A DNA stretch of 64,000 nt from Leucoraja ocellata (GCA_036785375.1 JAWMAR010000023.1:1116001-1180000), one strand, 5' to 3'. Numbered from the stretch's first letter, positions 38,238-51,118 are shown. Program-made: numbers and translations. Notes: a model not told the origin generated them from the sequence alone.

Positions 38238-39838
38238 CAGTGCATTCAGAAAGTATTCAGACACCTTCACTTTTTCCACATTTTGTTATGTTACAGCCTT
38301 ATTTTAAAATTGATTCAATTCATTTTTTTAATCAACAATCTACACACAATACGCCAGAATCAAGAAGCGAAAACAGGTGTTTATAAATTTTTGCAAAGTA
38401 ATTGAAAGTAAATAACTGAAATATCACATTTAGTTAAGTATTCAGACCCTTTGCTATGACACTCAATTGAGCTTAGGTTCATCCTGTTTCCATTGATTAT
38501 CCTTAATATGTTTCTACAAATTGATTGGAGTCTACCAGTGGTAAATTAAATTGATTGGACATGATTTGGAAAGGCACACATCTGTCTATATAAGGTCCCA
38601 CAGTTGACAGTGCACGTCAGAGCAAAAACCAAGCCATGAAGACGAAAGAATTGTACGTAGACCTCCGAGACACATATCTTGGGAAGGGTATAAAACAATT
38701 CCACAGCATTGCAGGTCCCGAAGAGCACAGTGGCCTCTGTCATTCTTAAATGGAAAAACGTTGGAACCACCAGGACTCTTCATAGAGCTGGCCACCCAGC
38801 CAAACTGGGCAATCGGGGAGAAAGGCCTTTGTCAGGGAGGTGACCAAGAACCCGATGGTCACTTTGACAGAGCTCCAGAGTTCCTCTGTGGAGATGGGAG
38901 AACCTTCCTGAAGGACAACTATATCTGCAGCACTCCACCAATCAGGCCTTTTAAGGTAGAGTGGGCAGACGAAAGCCACTCCTCAGTAAAAGGCACATGA
39001 CGGCCCGCTTGGAGTTTGCCAAAAGGCACCTAAAGGACTGTCAGACCATGAGAAACAAGTTTCTCTGGTCTGATGAAACCAAGATTGGACTCTTTGGCCT
39101 GAATGCCAAACGTCACGCCTGGAGGAACACTCGTCATCTGGCCAATACCATACCTACGGTGAAGCATGGTGGTGGCAGTATCATGCTGTGGGGATGTTTT
39201 TCAGCAAAAGGAACTGGGAGACTAGTCAGGATCGAGGGAAAGATGAACGGAACAAAGTACAGAGAGATCCTTGATTAAAAACCTGCTCCAGAGCATTCTG
39301 GACGTCAGACTGGGGCGGAGGTTCACCTTTCAACAGGACAACGACCCTAAGCACACAGCCAAAACAACGCAGGAGTGGCTTTGTGACAACTTTGTGAATG
39401 CCCTTGAGTGGCCCAGCCTGAGCCCGGACTTGAACCCGATCAAACATCTCTGGAGGGACCGGAAAATAGCTGTGCATCGACGCTCCTCATCCAACCTGAG
39501 AGGACCTGCAGAGAAGAATGGGAGAAATTACCCAAATACAGGTGTGCCTAGCTTGTGGAGTCATACCCAAGAAGACCTGAGGCTGTAATTGCTGCCAAAG
39601 GTGCCTCAACAAAATACTGAGTAAAAAGTATGACTACTTATATAAATGTGATATTTCAGTTATTTATTTTTAATTACTTTGCAAAAATTTCTAAACTCCT
39701 GATTTCACTTTTTTATTATGGGGTATTGTGTGTAGATTGATGATAAAACAAAAAATAATTTAATCCATTTTAGAATAAGGCTGAAACTAACAAAATGTGG
39801 AAAAAGTGAAGGTGTCAGAATACTTTCTGAATGCACTG
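38238..39838 (+). mobile_element. Full-length Tc1-family DNA transposon (IR/DR type, 1601 bp) with disrupted transposase at 38636-39620
   Basis: TA|CAGTGCATTCAGAAAGTATTCAGAC...GTCAGAATACTTTCTGAATGCACTG|TG; long TIRs with an inner direct repeat at 38436. Motifs [34 protein letters not shown](K). Confidence 0.93.
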
Positions 39839-40249
39839 TGTGTTGATTCTTTTACATTCGAAGTGATTCATCTAATGATTTTGCTGGTATATGCAGTATA
39901 TGGGTTTAGGATTATTTCAAATGATAGTTTAATGGTTGACACAGACTTGGTGGGCGAAAGGACCTGTTTCCATGTTGTATCTCTCTGATGTTCTCATGTT
40001 CATCACACTATTGACATGGGAGGTATTTGCAGTTACAAATTTTAAATAAATCGTCAGTGCAGCATATTTAAATAATAAAGTACTTTGGAAAACATGCCTA
40101 CCATGAAGCTAGGGAAACTCGCTTATTTGTACTACACCATTTGAATGACATCTGTTCATATTCCACAGCAAGGAATGCTTAGTTTAAGAACGAAAAAGTT
40201 TTAAAAACTGTTGTACGTCAAAGTATAATTATTCGATTCTCTTCTGCAG

Positions 40250-40375
40250 ATTAGAATCCGTGATCCAAATCAAGGAGGCAAAGACATCACTGAAGAAATA
40301 ATGTCGGGTGGAGGTGGAAGCAGAAACCCTACACCACCTGTTGGGAGGCCGAATACCACTCCCACTCCACCTCAG
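40250..40375 (+). CDS. EIF4G3: EIF4G3 exon (126 nt): [42 protein letters not shown] (PABP-binding motif)
   Basis: ttctgcag acceptor, CAG|gtagtt donor. Invariant eIF4G motif; the SRNPTPP.GRP tail distinguishes eIF4G3 from eIF4G1. Confidence 0.96.
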
Positions 40376-40727
40376 GTAGTTAGCAAATAGCTGACACTGA
40401 TATGGTGAAAAAGTAAATTGTTGAAAGTTAGCAATTGTATTGAAATTTTAGTTTTATCTATTTTGGGTCCTTTTGTCGTATATAAACAGGATCTTCACCA
40501 CAATGCATAAGGTTGTTATAGTAAACCCCAATCAAGGATTTGAAAAGCCTGTCTTGGAGCTCTGCTTGGCACCATTTGAACAGGTGTTTCTTTTGTGGGA
40601 TGATTAACCGTTAAGATCATTTGTCATGGAAAGTTATTACAGCTAACATATAGGCTTCTTTTAAAAAATAGTTAGATGATGTAATGACAAGGTGAGACCT
40701 TGTGTTCCTGATATGATACAGGGTCAA

Positions 40728-40862
40728 AACGTGTCGGAAAGAACTGCAGATGCCAGTTTAAATCGAAGATAGACACAAAATACTGGAGTAACTCAGTGGG
40801 GTAGGCAGCAACTCTGGTGAGAAGGAATGGATGACGTTTCGGGCCGAGACCCTTCAGACTGA
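40728..40862 (-). mobile_element. Short Penelope-derived hammerhead-family insert
   Basis: Reverse complement: AGTCTGAAGGGTCTCGGCCCGAAACGTCATCC (3 nt deleted in the core); ATACAGGGT(C/T)A occurs on both sides. Confidence 0.75.
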
Positions 40863-42012
40863 TTCTGAATACAGGGTTATATTCACACCAATTTATTTTA
40901 TCATTGACAATCTTTCTAATTGGTAAGCACAACACTGCTATTGTAGAAAATGGATTGGCAAGCTGGCACCAGAACAGGCATAAATGAATCTGTTTATTGT
41001 ATTCAAGATAATAAACAGGAATATGCCATAGGGATTAGTAACTTTTAATAACTTTGATAAAGATACTAAAGGTATGGTTGTTACATTTTTTTGATGGCAT
41101 AAGATAGGAAGAAAAATAAGTTGTGAAGAGCAAAAGACTACTGCAAAGGAATATAGATATAGGTAAATTCTTGGATAAGGATCGAAGCAAGCAGATATGG
41201 GAAATTGTAAATTTTGAAAACAAATAATTAGGAAAACGAATTATCTTATTGTTTAATTGAAAGGGGAAATGAATACAAGGGTAGGGAGCCTATGTTTCCA
41301 TTATGTAGGGCATTCGTGAGACTACCTCTGGAATATTGCGACAGTATTGGACACATTATTTACAAAATGGAATAGTATAGAAGTAACAGAAAGGAACGCA
41401 TAAGAGGAGGGAAGACACTACTGGTTAGGGAGAACATAGAGTACTTAGGATTTCCTTGAGGGATTGTTCATTGAGGTAGAAGTTAAGAAAAGAGAGGCAA
41501 TCACTTTGAAGGAGCTTCTTGGAACTGAAAATTTAAAAAAAATAATAATTCAGGAATCTCAGCCAGCTCTCATCACTCAGCTATAGCTAAATCAAACTCT
41601 TCAAATGGCACAATCGATTTCTATTCCCATTTAATTGAAATTATTCTCTACCAAATGGCAGTCACATTCCCTTCCAGCTCTGCATGCATTGCTTTTGTTG
41701 ACCAGCCAAGTGTTGATATAATAATCAGACCATTAAATTAGCTGGTAGCTCCCTCGTGCTCACAATGCCCAAGAGTCGTCTAGTGAACCCAAGGCAGCCT
41801 GCCGAATACCCGGCCATAGCTTCAGTCATGATCGTCCAGTGCAGCATGTATTCTGTTGTAGTGCTTTGTTGGTGTATTGATAAATTTGCTGAACATTACC
41901 AAATATGATTTGGCTGGTTTTCTACAGCCTGAGGTGTGTGGAGCAGCCACTGAGATACCAGCTGTCCTAGCTGATAGAATGAGTATTCTTGCCAAGCCTT
42001 TAGCCCAAGCAT

Positions 42013-42014
<2 letters not shown>

Positions 42015-42056
<42 letters not shown>
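42015..42056 (+). repeat. G42 homopolymer
   Basis: Read directly from the sequence. Confidence 0.9.
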
Positions 42057-42057
<1 letters not shown>

Positions 42058-42839
42058 AGAGAGAATCATGCAGATAATCCAACATACAAATTGCAAAGCA
42101 GGCAGTTGAGATACCACTTTATTTTAATACCATGAAAGAAATAGTGAGAATCAACAAAGGCCATTTGGTCTGTCAGGTGGGAGAGAAAGGGAGAAACACT
42201 CTATTGACCACAAAGCTATTTTGCCTATGAAGCTAATTGTTAAGCTCCTAGAACTGAATTACAACAGTTGCTTTCTGTATAATTACGACACAATGTAATC
42301 ACTGAGATTTAAACTGAAATGTGAAGATTTGCTGAAACAAAGCTTCATGAAATGTATGCGTATACATCTTGTTGAAAGTGTTTTGTGTTTCACGTTGTAT
42401 TGAACTTTAAATATTTGTTTGTCTTCAATGTTATGATGTATCGTGTTCCCACTAAATTATGATTAGAAATCCTCTTTCAAAATAAGCATATCGTTGGCAG
42501 GTGAACTTTAGTGCCATTATTTTTACTTTTTTTAGTTTTTGGTTATGTACATAAAATGTGCCCACCCAGATGGTAGTGAAGGGAATATATAAATGGGTAG
42601 ATCTCCTTATCTAACCTGCTTTAAATATCAGAAGCATGCCACATTTTCTTTTAAACCTCATGTTAATTTGCCCATAATTGCCACCAAATTTAAGCACATC
42701 ATCCCAGTCATTTGAGGATTCATTTTGTAATGGATAGGATATTTTGAGTTGCAGGATGAGCCACAATTGTTTTTCTCTTTTGGAATTAAAATTTTTTGAT
42801 TTGACTTTCTTTTTAAAACATCCAAGACACTCCAATAAC

Positions 42840-43890
42840 TTTCAATTTCTGGTCCCTTGTTGCCTCTTGGTTACTATGGACGCCCAGTCCCTTTACACCT
42901 CCAGCTCGCACCAGGAAGGTCTCAAGGCCTTTGGTTCTAACTAACAGATCCCAAACAGTGTCCTTTCACTAACAATCCTCTGGTTGGCGAACCTTGTCAT
43001 CACTCAGCAATTTCTGTCTGACATCTCACTTTCTTCAAGTTTCGGTGTCTCCAAGGGCACTCGCATGGGCCCCAGCTATGTCTACCCTTTTGTTGGTTAT
43101 GTGCAACAGCCCTTGTTCCAAATGTACACTGGCACCTTCCCGCAACTCTTTTTTCGCTATATTGTTGACTGCATTGGAGCTGCCTCCTGCACCTGTGCAG
43201 AACCCATTGATTTCATTAACTTTAATACTAACTTCCATCTTGCCCTCAAATTGACTTGCACTCTCTCTGACATCTCTCTCTGCTTTCCTGATCTCTCTGT
43301 CACCATCACAGGGGAGGGCAGATTATCAACTGACATAACTTGACTTGACTTGAATAAACTTGACTTGACTACAAACCCACCGACTCCCACAGTTATGGAC
43401 TACACCTGCTCTTGTAAAGACGCAATCCCGTCTCAAGTTCTCTGCCTCTGCTGTATCAACTCCCAAGATGAAACTTTCACTCTGAGATATCCGAGATGTC
43501 CTCTTTCTTTAGTAAACGTGGGTTTCCCCCCTGCTGTCATGGATGGATTCACCTGCATCTCTTCTGTGTCTCATAGTTCTGCACTCGCTCCCCCTCTACC
43601 CACACAAAACGAGTATAGACTTCCCCTGGTTCTTCCCTTTCACCCCCCAACCTCCGCATCCAAAACATAATTCTCCAACATTTCTGCCACCATCAACATG
43701 ATCCTATCACCAGTCACATCTTCCCATCCCGACCCAATTTTGACTTCCGCAGAAACTGCTCCCTCCATGACTCCTTGGTTCACTCAGCCCTTACCACCTC
43801 CGACCCAGGTACTTTCCCTGGCAACCAAAGGAGATGTAACACCTGTACCTATACCTCCTCTCTGGCAACTATCCAGGGATCCCAGTAGCC
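42840..43890 (+). mobile_element. Penelope-like element RT fragment
   Basis: LLVTMDAQSLYT, GTRMGPSY, FFRYIVDC, LKLTCT motifs; homologous to 33360-34835. Confidence 0.8.
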
Positions 43891-43892
43891 AT

Positions 43893-45159
43893 AGGTAACC
43901 AAAGTTGTGCCAATGAAAATCAAAGAAGCCATTATGAGACTGAGAAACAAGAATAAAACTGTTAAAGACATCAGCCACACCTTAGGCTAACCAAAATTAA
44001 CTGTTTGGAACATCATTAAGAAGAAAGAGAGCACTGGTGAGCTTATTAATCGCAAAGGGACTGGCAGGCCAAGGAAGACCTCCACAGCTGATGACAGAAG
44101 AATTCTCTCTATAATAAAGAAAAATCCCCAAACACCTGTCCGACAGATCAGAAACACTCTTCAGGTGCGGATTTGTCAATGACTACTGTCCGCAGAAGAG
44201 CCATTGAACAGAAATACAGAGGCTACACTGCAAGATGCAAACCACTGGTTAGCCACAAAAATAAGATGGCCAGGTTACAGTTTGCCAAGAAGGACTTAAA
44301 AGAGCGACGACAGTTCTGGAAAAAGGTCTTAGAGACAGATGAGGCGAAGATTAAATTGTATCAAAATGATGGCAAGAGCAAAATATGGAGGAGAGAAGGA
44401 ACTGCCCAAGATCCAAAGCATACCACCTCATCTGTAAAACATGGTGGTGGGGATGTTATGGCCTGGGCATGTATGGCTGTTGAGGGTACTGGCTCACATC
44501 GTCATTTATGATACAACTGCTAATGGTAGTTGCATAATGTATTCTGAAGTACACAGATGCATCCTATCTGCTCAAGTTCAAACAAATACCTCTGAATTCA
44601 TTGGCCAGCGGTTCATTCTACAGCAAGACAATGATCCCAAACATACTGCTAAAGCAACAAAGATGTTTTTTAAAGCTAAAAAATGGTCAATTCTTGAGCA
44701 GCCAAGTCAATTGAGCATACCTTTTATATGCTGAAGAGAAAACTGAAGGGGACTAGCCCCCAAAACAAGCAAAAGCTAAAGATGGCTGCAATACAGGCCT
44801 GGCAGAGCATCACCAGAGAAGCCACCCAGCAACTGGTGATGTCCAGGAATCGCAGACTTCAAGCAGTCATTGCATGCAAAAGATATGCAACAAAATACTA
44901 AACATGACTCATTTATATGCACTGCTGTGTCCCAAACATTATGGTGCCCTGAGATGGGGGGGGGGGGGGGACTATGTATAAACACTGCTGTACTTTCTAC
45001 ATGGTGAAACCAAAATGTATAAAAATGGCCTTTATTAAAATCTGTCACTGTACACTTTAACCACATGTGATTTTTTTCTAATACAAATCACAAATTGTGC
45101 AGTACAGAGGCAAATAAATAAATTATGGGTATTTGTCCCAAACATTATGGAGGGCACTG
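43893..45159 (+). mobile_element. 5'-truncated Tc1 transposon (second family)
   Basis: TDEAKI, KHGGGDVMAWACM, QQDNDPKHTAKAT; right TIR ending GTCCCAAACATTATGGAGGGCACTG|TA, with an inner repeat near 44925-44950. Confidence 0.88.
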
Positions 45160-45859
45160 TACCTGCACATAACCTATATCGCTTCAGTCCATGCACCTCC
45201 ACATGCCTATCCAAAAATCTTTTAAATATCACTAAAGTACCTAGTTCAACCAGGCAATCACCATCCTCTGTTTAAAAAAAACCTGCACATCTCTTACCTT
45301 AACACTGTGCCTTCGAGTATTTGATATTTCCATCCTGGGAAAAAGATTCTGACTGTCTACCCTATGCATGCCTCTCATAATTTTATGTACACCAACATCT
45401 GCAGTACCTTGTGTCTCAGAAATAGCCAAATTTATTTTCTGGTACATTGCATTATTTATATTTCATAATTTCTCACTAACCAATATATACTGGAAAGATC
45501 AGCTACACATTAATGTTGTCATAAGAGGTTAATGGATGAGAAAATAAATAAATTAGATTATTGTGTTGCAAATAATTGACCAGTCCTTAATCAAAAAGGA
45601 CTCTTGGGTGGGGGGAACACTGAGAATGTATTAGCAGTGTTCTGTCTGTTGTCTTTCCTTGCTGTTGTTAACGGTAATCCTGTTTTCTTTTTCTTCTCAT
45701 TCCTGCTTACTCCATCTCTTTTTGATTTTCTTTCTTTTGATTTATTGTGGAATTTCATGGGAAACTGTTTCACATATTTTCCTCTCTGTTCTGTGTTCCA
45801 TGTGCTAGTTTTTGTGTCCGCACCCTCATTATCCTCACCTGTTGTACCTCAAATCCCAG

Positions 45860-45947
45860 CAGCTGCCCAGTCAGGTTGCAGATCACCCTCCAGTTTTTGG
45901 AACTGTGGAAAATGCACACATGACACAAAACGTGGACTTCAAGCAAG
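45860..45947 (+). CDS. EIF4G3: EIF4G3 exon (88 nt, phase 0-1): QLPSQVADHPPVFGTVENAHMTQNVDFKQ; alternative acceptors at 45809 and 45863
   Basis: cccag|CAG CTG, donor AAG|gtttgt. Resembles eIF4G3 QLPSQV.EH.PV..GTVE.AH. Confidence 0.88.
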
Positions 45948-46385
45948 GTTTGTTCATTTCTCCTCTGCTATATTTCTTGTGATATTTTATTTGGTAATGT
46001 TGATACTGATGGGAAATGAATGACAGGGGACTATATATTGTTTTTCGTATTATTTTCCAGTCGGGTAAAATTGCCAAAAGATATTTGGGCGAATCTTCAT
46101 GTTTAGTTGATTTGTTAAAAATCTAATTTTCAGGTAGTTTAATGGGTTAATTTACTTTACCTGTGGCAGAAACTTTCTATCACTTTGAAAAATCTGCATT
46201 GACTAGTTTTCGTAATGCCAAACCCATAAATATCTATTGCCCATATGTTTATGTTGCCAGTTAGTTTATCTGCACCTGGTAACAGTTATAATTCCGAAAA
46301 ATTATCAGTAGGCATCATGCAAGGGTATTTCAGAACAATAATTGCGAGGTATTAACACTTCCTTCATTCGTTTGGCAGCTCCTAG

Positions 46386-47540
46386 TAACATAGAAACATA
46401 GAAATTAGGTGCAGGAGTAGGCTATTCGGCCCTTCGAGCCTGCACCGCCATTCAATATGATCATGGCTGATCATCCAACTCAGTATCCCGTACCTGCCTT
46501 CTCTCCATACCCTCTGATCCCCTTGGCCACAAGGGCCACATCTAACTCCCTCTTAAATGTAGCCAATGAACTGGCCTCAACTACCCTCTGTGGCAGAGAG
46601 TTCCAGAGATTCACCACTCTGTGTGAAAAAAGTTCTCCTCATCTCGGTTTTAAAGGATTTCCCCCTTATCCTTAAGCTGTGACCCTTTGTCCTGGACTTC
46701 CCCAACATCGGGAACAATCTTCCTGCATCTAGCCTGTCCAACCCCTTAAGAATTTTGTACGTTTCTATAAGATCCCCTCTCAATCTCCTAAACTCTAGAG
46801 AGTATAAACCAAGTCTATCCAGTCTTTCTTCATAAGACAGTCCTGACATCCCAGGAATCAGTCTGGTGAACCTTCTCTGCACTCCCTCTATGGCAATAAT
46901 GTCCTTCCTCAGATTTGGAGACCAAAACTGCACGCAATACTCCAGGTGTGGTCTCACCAAGACCCTGTACAACTGCAGTAGAACCTCCCTGCTCCTATAC
47001 TCAAATCCTCTTGCTATGAAAGCCAACATACCATTCGCTTTCTTTACTGCCTGCTGCACCTGCATGCCTACCTTCAATGACTGGTGTACCATGACACCCA
47101 GGTCTCGTTGCATCTCCCCCTTTCCCAATCGGCCACCATTTAGATTATAGTCTGCTTTCCCGTTTTTGCCACCAAAATGGATAACCTCACATTTATCCAC
47201 ATTATACTGCATCTGCCAAACATTTGCCCACTCACCCAGCCTATCCAAGTCACTTTGCAGTCTCCTAGCATCCTCCTCACAGCTAACACTGCCCCCCAGC
47301 TTAGTGTCATCCGAAAACGTGGAGATATTACCTTCAATTCCCTCATCCAGATCATTAATATATATTGTAAATAGCTGGGGTCCCAGCACTGAGCCTTGCG
47401 GTACCCCACTAGTCACTGCCTGCCATTGTGAAAAGGACCCGTTTGCTCCTACTCTTTGCTTTCTGTTTGCCAGCCAGTTCTCTATCCACATCAATACTGA
47501 ACCCCCAATGCCGTGTGCTTTAAGTTTGTATACTAATCTT
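46386..47540 (-). mobile_element. Young CR1 LINE 3' portion with a 305-aa RT C-terminal ORF
   Basis: ORF 46577..47494: SGVPQGSVLGPQLFTIYINDLD, FSDDTKL, RPHLEYCVQFWSP; (TAGAAACA)n tail. Confidence 0.92.
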
Positions 47541-48324
47541 TATATGTGGACTAGCATCAACTATTAGCCTTCATAATTTTCAAATGCACAGATTTAACAT
47601 AGAAGGGATTGTGTTGCCAGTAAGTTAGATCCTGTGCTCATGTTAGTTTATATGATCTTCAATGGCAGATTTTTTCAGAATATGACAATCTGCACATTTT
47701 GTCTGATTTATGAGTGCCATTTGTAGTTTTTCAGAAAGAACTGTAGAGGTAATATGATAAAACTAATCAAATTTTTATAAACTGTAACAAAAAGAACACA
47801 TAAACCGAGTGGAACCTCTGTTAAAGCATTTAAGATAATTACTGTGGTGAAATTAGAGCTGATTTGTCACAGGACAAAGCTTTCACACTGGAATGTCATG
47901 AAATTCTCCTGATCAAGAAATTAGCAGTACAGGGTTATTATTTTGTTTGGAACATGATTATTGTTCCTTTCCTATTGAAGTTTTGCATTTCACTTATTTA
48001 ACAACAATTATTTTGAGGGAATTGGTACCTCAGTGCTCCAAATCTGCCCATAATTGAAAGTATTAGAGTGAAGTGTGGTGGCTTCAGCAGGGCTGCCAAT
48101 AAAACATGAACTAAGAAGTGTTTATCTCCAGTGGCCACCAAAATTGAGCAAACCCTGAGACTGACCCCACCGAAAGTGCTTTAAATTGGCTCGAATCAAA
48201 TGATTGTATTTTGTTTATGAACAATACTGGTTTGATCTAGATTCTTGAATTTAGCTGCTTATTTTACATATTTAAAGGATTTTGTTCATTAATTTAAAAT
48301 TGTATTAGCCATTAATTTCAATTA

Positions 48325-48815
48325 TAGACAATAGGTGCAGTAGACATTCGGCCCTTCGAGTCAGCACCGCCATTCAATGTGATCATGGCTGATCATCCAC
48401 AATCAGTACCCGTTCCCGCCTTCACCTCATATCCCCTGACTCCACCATCTTTAAGAGCCCTACCTGGCTCTCTCTTGAAAGTATCCAGCGAACCGGCCTC
48501 CACCGCCCTCTGAGGCAGAGAATTCCACAGACTCACAATTCTCTGTGAAAAATTATTTACTCCGCCGTTCTAAATGGCCTACCCCTTATTCTTAAACTGT
48601 GGCTCTTGGTTCTGGACTCCCCAATATCGGGAACATGTTTCCTGCTTCTAGCGTATCCAAACACGTAATAATCTTACTTTCCATGAGATTCCCTTTCATC
48701 CTTCTAAATTCCAGAGTATACAAGCCCAGCTGCTCCATTCTCTCAGCATATGACAGTCCCGCCATCCAGGGAATTAACCTTGTGAACCTACGCTGCACTC
48801 CCTCAATAGCAAGAA
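48325..48815 (-). mobile_element. CR1 LINE 3' fragment
   Basis: QRRFTRLIP...LSYAERM..LGLY.LEFRR; AATTATAGA on both flanks (possible TSD). Confidence 0.85.
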
Positions 48816-49206
48816 TTAACCAATATAAATTATAGAACTCAAAGATAAATAAAGCATTATGATTTCAAAATAGTAAAATGAATGATGCAAGGTTTGTTGT
48901 TCATAGAGTAAGGAAACATTACACCAATTTTTTTAAAATAGCTGCTTACTACCAGGGAAAGGTAGTCTTAGATTTCTAGGAAAAAGTATGGACATTTTGA
49001 TTTGTTCTCAACAGACATACATAACAAGTAGTTTTCTTTGAAAATTTGGTGTAATTGAAGTATTTTTAATTTACTGTTTTAAATATCTACACATGCATAT
49101 GCAATGTTTTCTCAATAAGGACCAATAAACTTAAATACAAAGTAGAATTCCTATAATTACAAGTTCAGGCATGGTACATGCCATAAAATGTTTCTATTTA
49201 TTTCAG

Positions 49207-49245
49207 TGGAGCGAACTGAAGCTGCTATTACAAAACTGAAACCAG
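49207..49245 (+). CDS. EIF4G3: Putative 39-nt symmetric (phase 1-1) EIF4G3 cassette exon: (V)ERTEAAITKLKP
   Basis: ttctatttatttcag acceptor, CAG|gtatgg donor, no stop codon, phase matches both neighbours. I do not recognise the peptide from mammalian eIF4G3. Confidence 0.62.
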
Positions 49246-49756
49246 GTATGGAACTAAATTAAGAATTTACTGCAAAATAAAACAAAATAATATATTTAAC
49301 TTCTGTGCAACGTCAAGTTTGCACTTATGAAGAAGGGATATTTCCGTGATTATGTGAAGGGAAGTAGCAATTTCTTCTGCCTATTGAATAATGAAATTAG
49401 AAATATATCATCATTCATAAAATTTAGTGTTGCATTACGGAAAGCACAGGTTTGGTTTCAGCAATTATATTATGCTTTTTGGAAATGTATTCACAAGTCC
49501 TTCATACTTTCAATCCTTTGGTTTAAATTTTGCTGTGTGATACTATATTCATGGAACATAGAACAGCATACAAAACAGGATTTCAGCCTATTGTGTTTGC
49601 GCCGTCCTTCTCTACTCTCTGAATGTTTGTGCCTCTGTCTAAATGCGTTTCAGGTATTGCTAATATATCAGCTTCTACCACCTCCTCTGGTAGCTTGTTC
49701 CAGGCATCTACCACTCTACTCATTTAAAAAAAAGTGAACTTTGAAGGAATAGAATC

Positions 49757-49858
49757 TGCAGAAGATAGACACAAAAGGCTAGAGTAACTCAGCGGGTCTG
49801 GTAGCATCTCCGGAGAAAAGGAATGGGTGACTTTTCGGGTCAAGACCTTCTTCAGACT
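49757..49858 (-). mobile_element. Short Penelope-derived hammerhead-family insert
   Basis: Reverse complement: AGTCTGAAGAAGGTCTTGACCCGAAAAGTCACCC plus tail. Confidence 0.75.
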
Positions 49859-50939
49859 TCAACCTTGATCTTGACCTTCACCTAAGTAAAGCCAAAGCTT
49901 TCTGAACTCATTTTGCCTATTTCACCTCTCTTTTTAGAGCCCTGCATAAAACCTATCTGTTTCTCGGAGCTTTTTAATCACCCCACCTCATATGCCATAT
50001 TTGGATTTTGTGTCAATTTAGTTTATGACACTGCGGTACAGCACCAAAGATGATTTATTATGTGAAGAGCACCAATGACGCCAATCATTGGGTATAGTGG
50101 AGCAAGTTATACCTGTTGGATCATTAAAAAATGTTGGATATATCTAGTGTTCCTTAATGTTTACTATATAACTTAAATCATTTGCTGTGTTTCCAATTTA
50201 ATGGTTTGCAGTACCTGGTCATTTTTATAGTCACATCACATTTTACATAAATTGCATGACTTGTAAGGCAAAATCACGGTGGCTCACAGCTAGCGGGAAT
50301 ATCTGGATATATTAATAACATTTTCCAATACAATAAAAATGAAAACCACATGTTTAAAATTAGTAAATTGTGCTTTGTGTAATATTAAGATTGCCATACT
50401 TTCTCACTTCTACCTGATACTGTGCAATTAATGATTATTTTACTTGGCTTAATCCAAAGCCATTTACCTAATGCCTCATTTTATACTTTGAAGATAAATC
50501 ACGAGCCAGTTATGAAGAATTGATAATAATCTTTATTGCAACTCAAGTCTTGACTTGTCCTGTTTGCTTTCAAAAAGAATTTTGATAGATGACAGAACAA
50601 TTAATTTCCTTTTCTAACTTTTGTATTTTAAACACAAATATATGGATGTAAGTTGACATAATTAAAAATGCAGTTCAGGCTACATTAAGAATGATGTTAT
50701 TATATGACAAACTTAAAAAAAATCTAAATATTTCCTCTTACCAAATATGGTTTGATCCGGATTAACAAATGACAATTAAGTTTTAACCATGCACAGCTAT
50801 GGACAGTTAGTTTTGGCAAGAATGTTAATGGGTGACTTCTAATTGTTCTGTTTTTATTTTTTTTTTTATTGTTACAAACTTTGTGTGAAACAAAAATAGT
50901 ATGTTCACTGAAATAGAATACCTTTTTTTGATCACACAG

Positions 50940-51087
50940 AAGAAAAACCAATGCCGGAACCACCAGTGAAAAGTTCTACCCCAGATGTTAGATCGGAAAT
51001 AGTTGAAGAAAAGAAAGAAATTGATGGAGAACCACCTGATCCAGTTCCTTTACAGGTGGCAGAAGAGGAGGAGGTGGAGGTGGAGGT

Positions 51088-51118
<31 letters not shown>

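Noticed and set aside
41822-42117. Poly-Pro and poly-Gly ORFs
   Set aside because: Artefacts of the G42 homopolymer.
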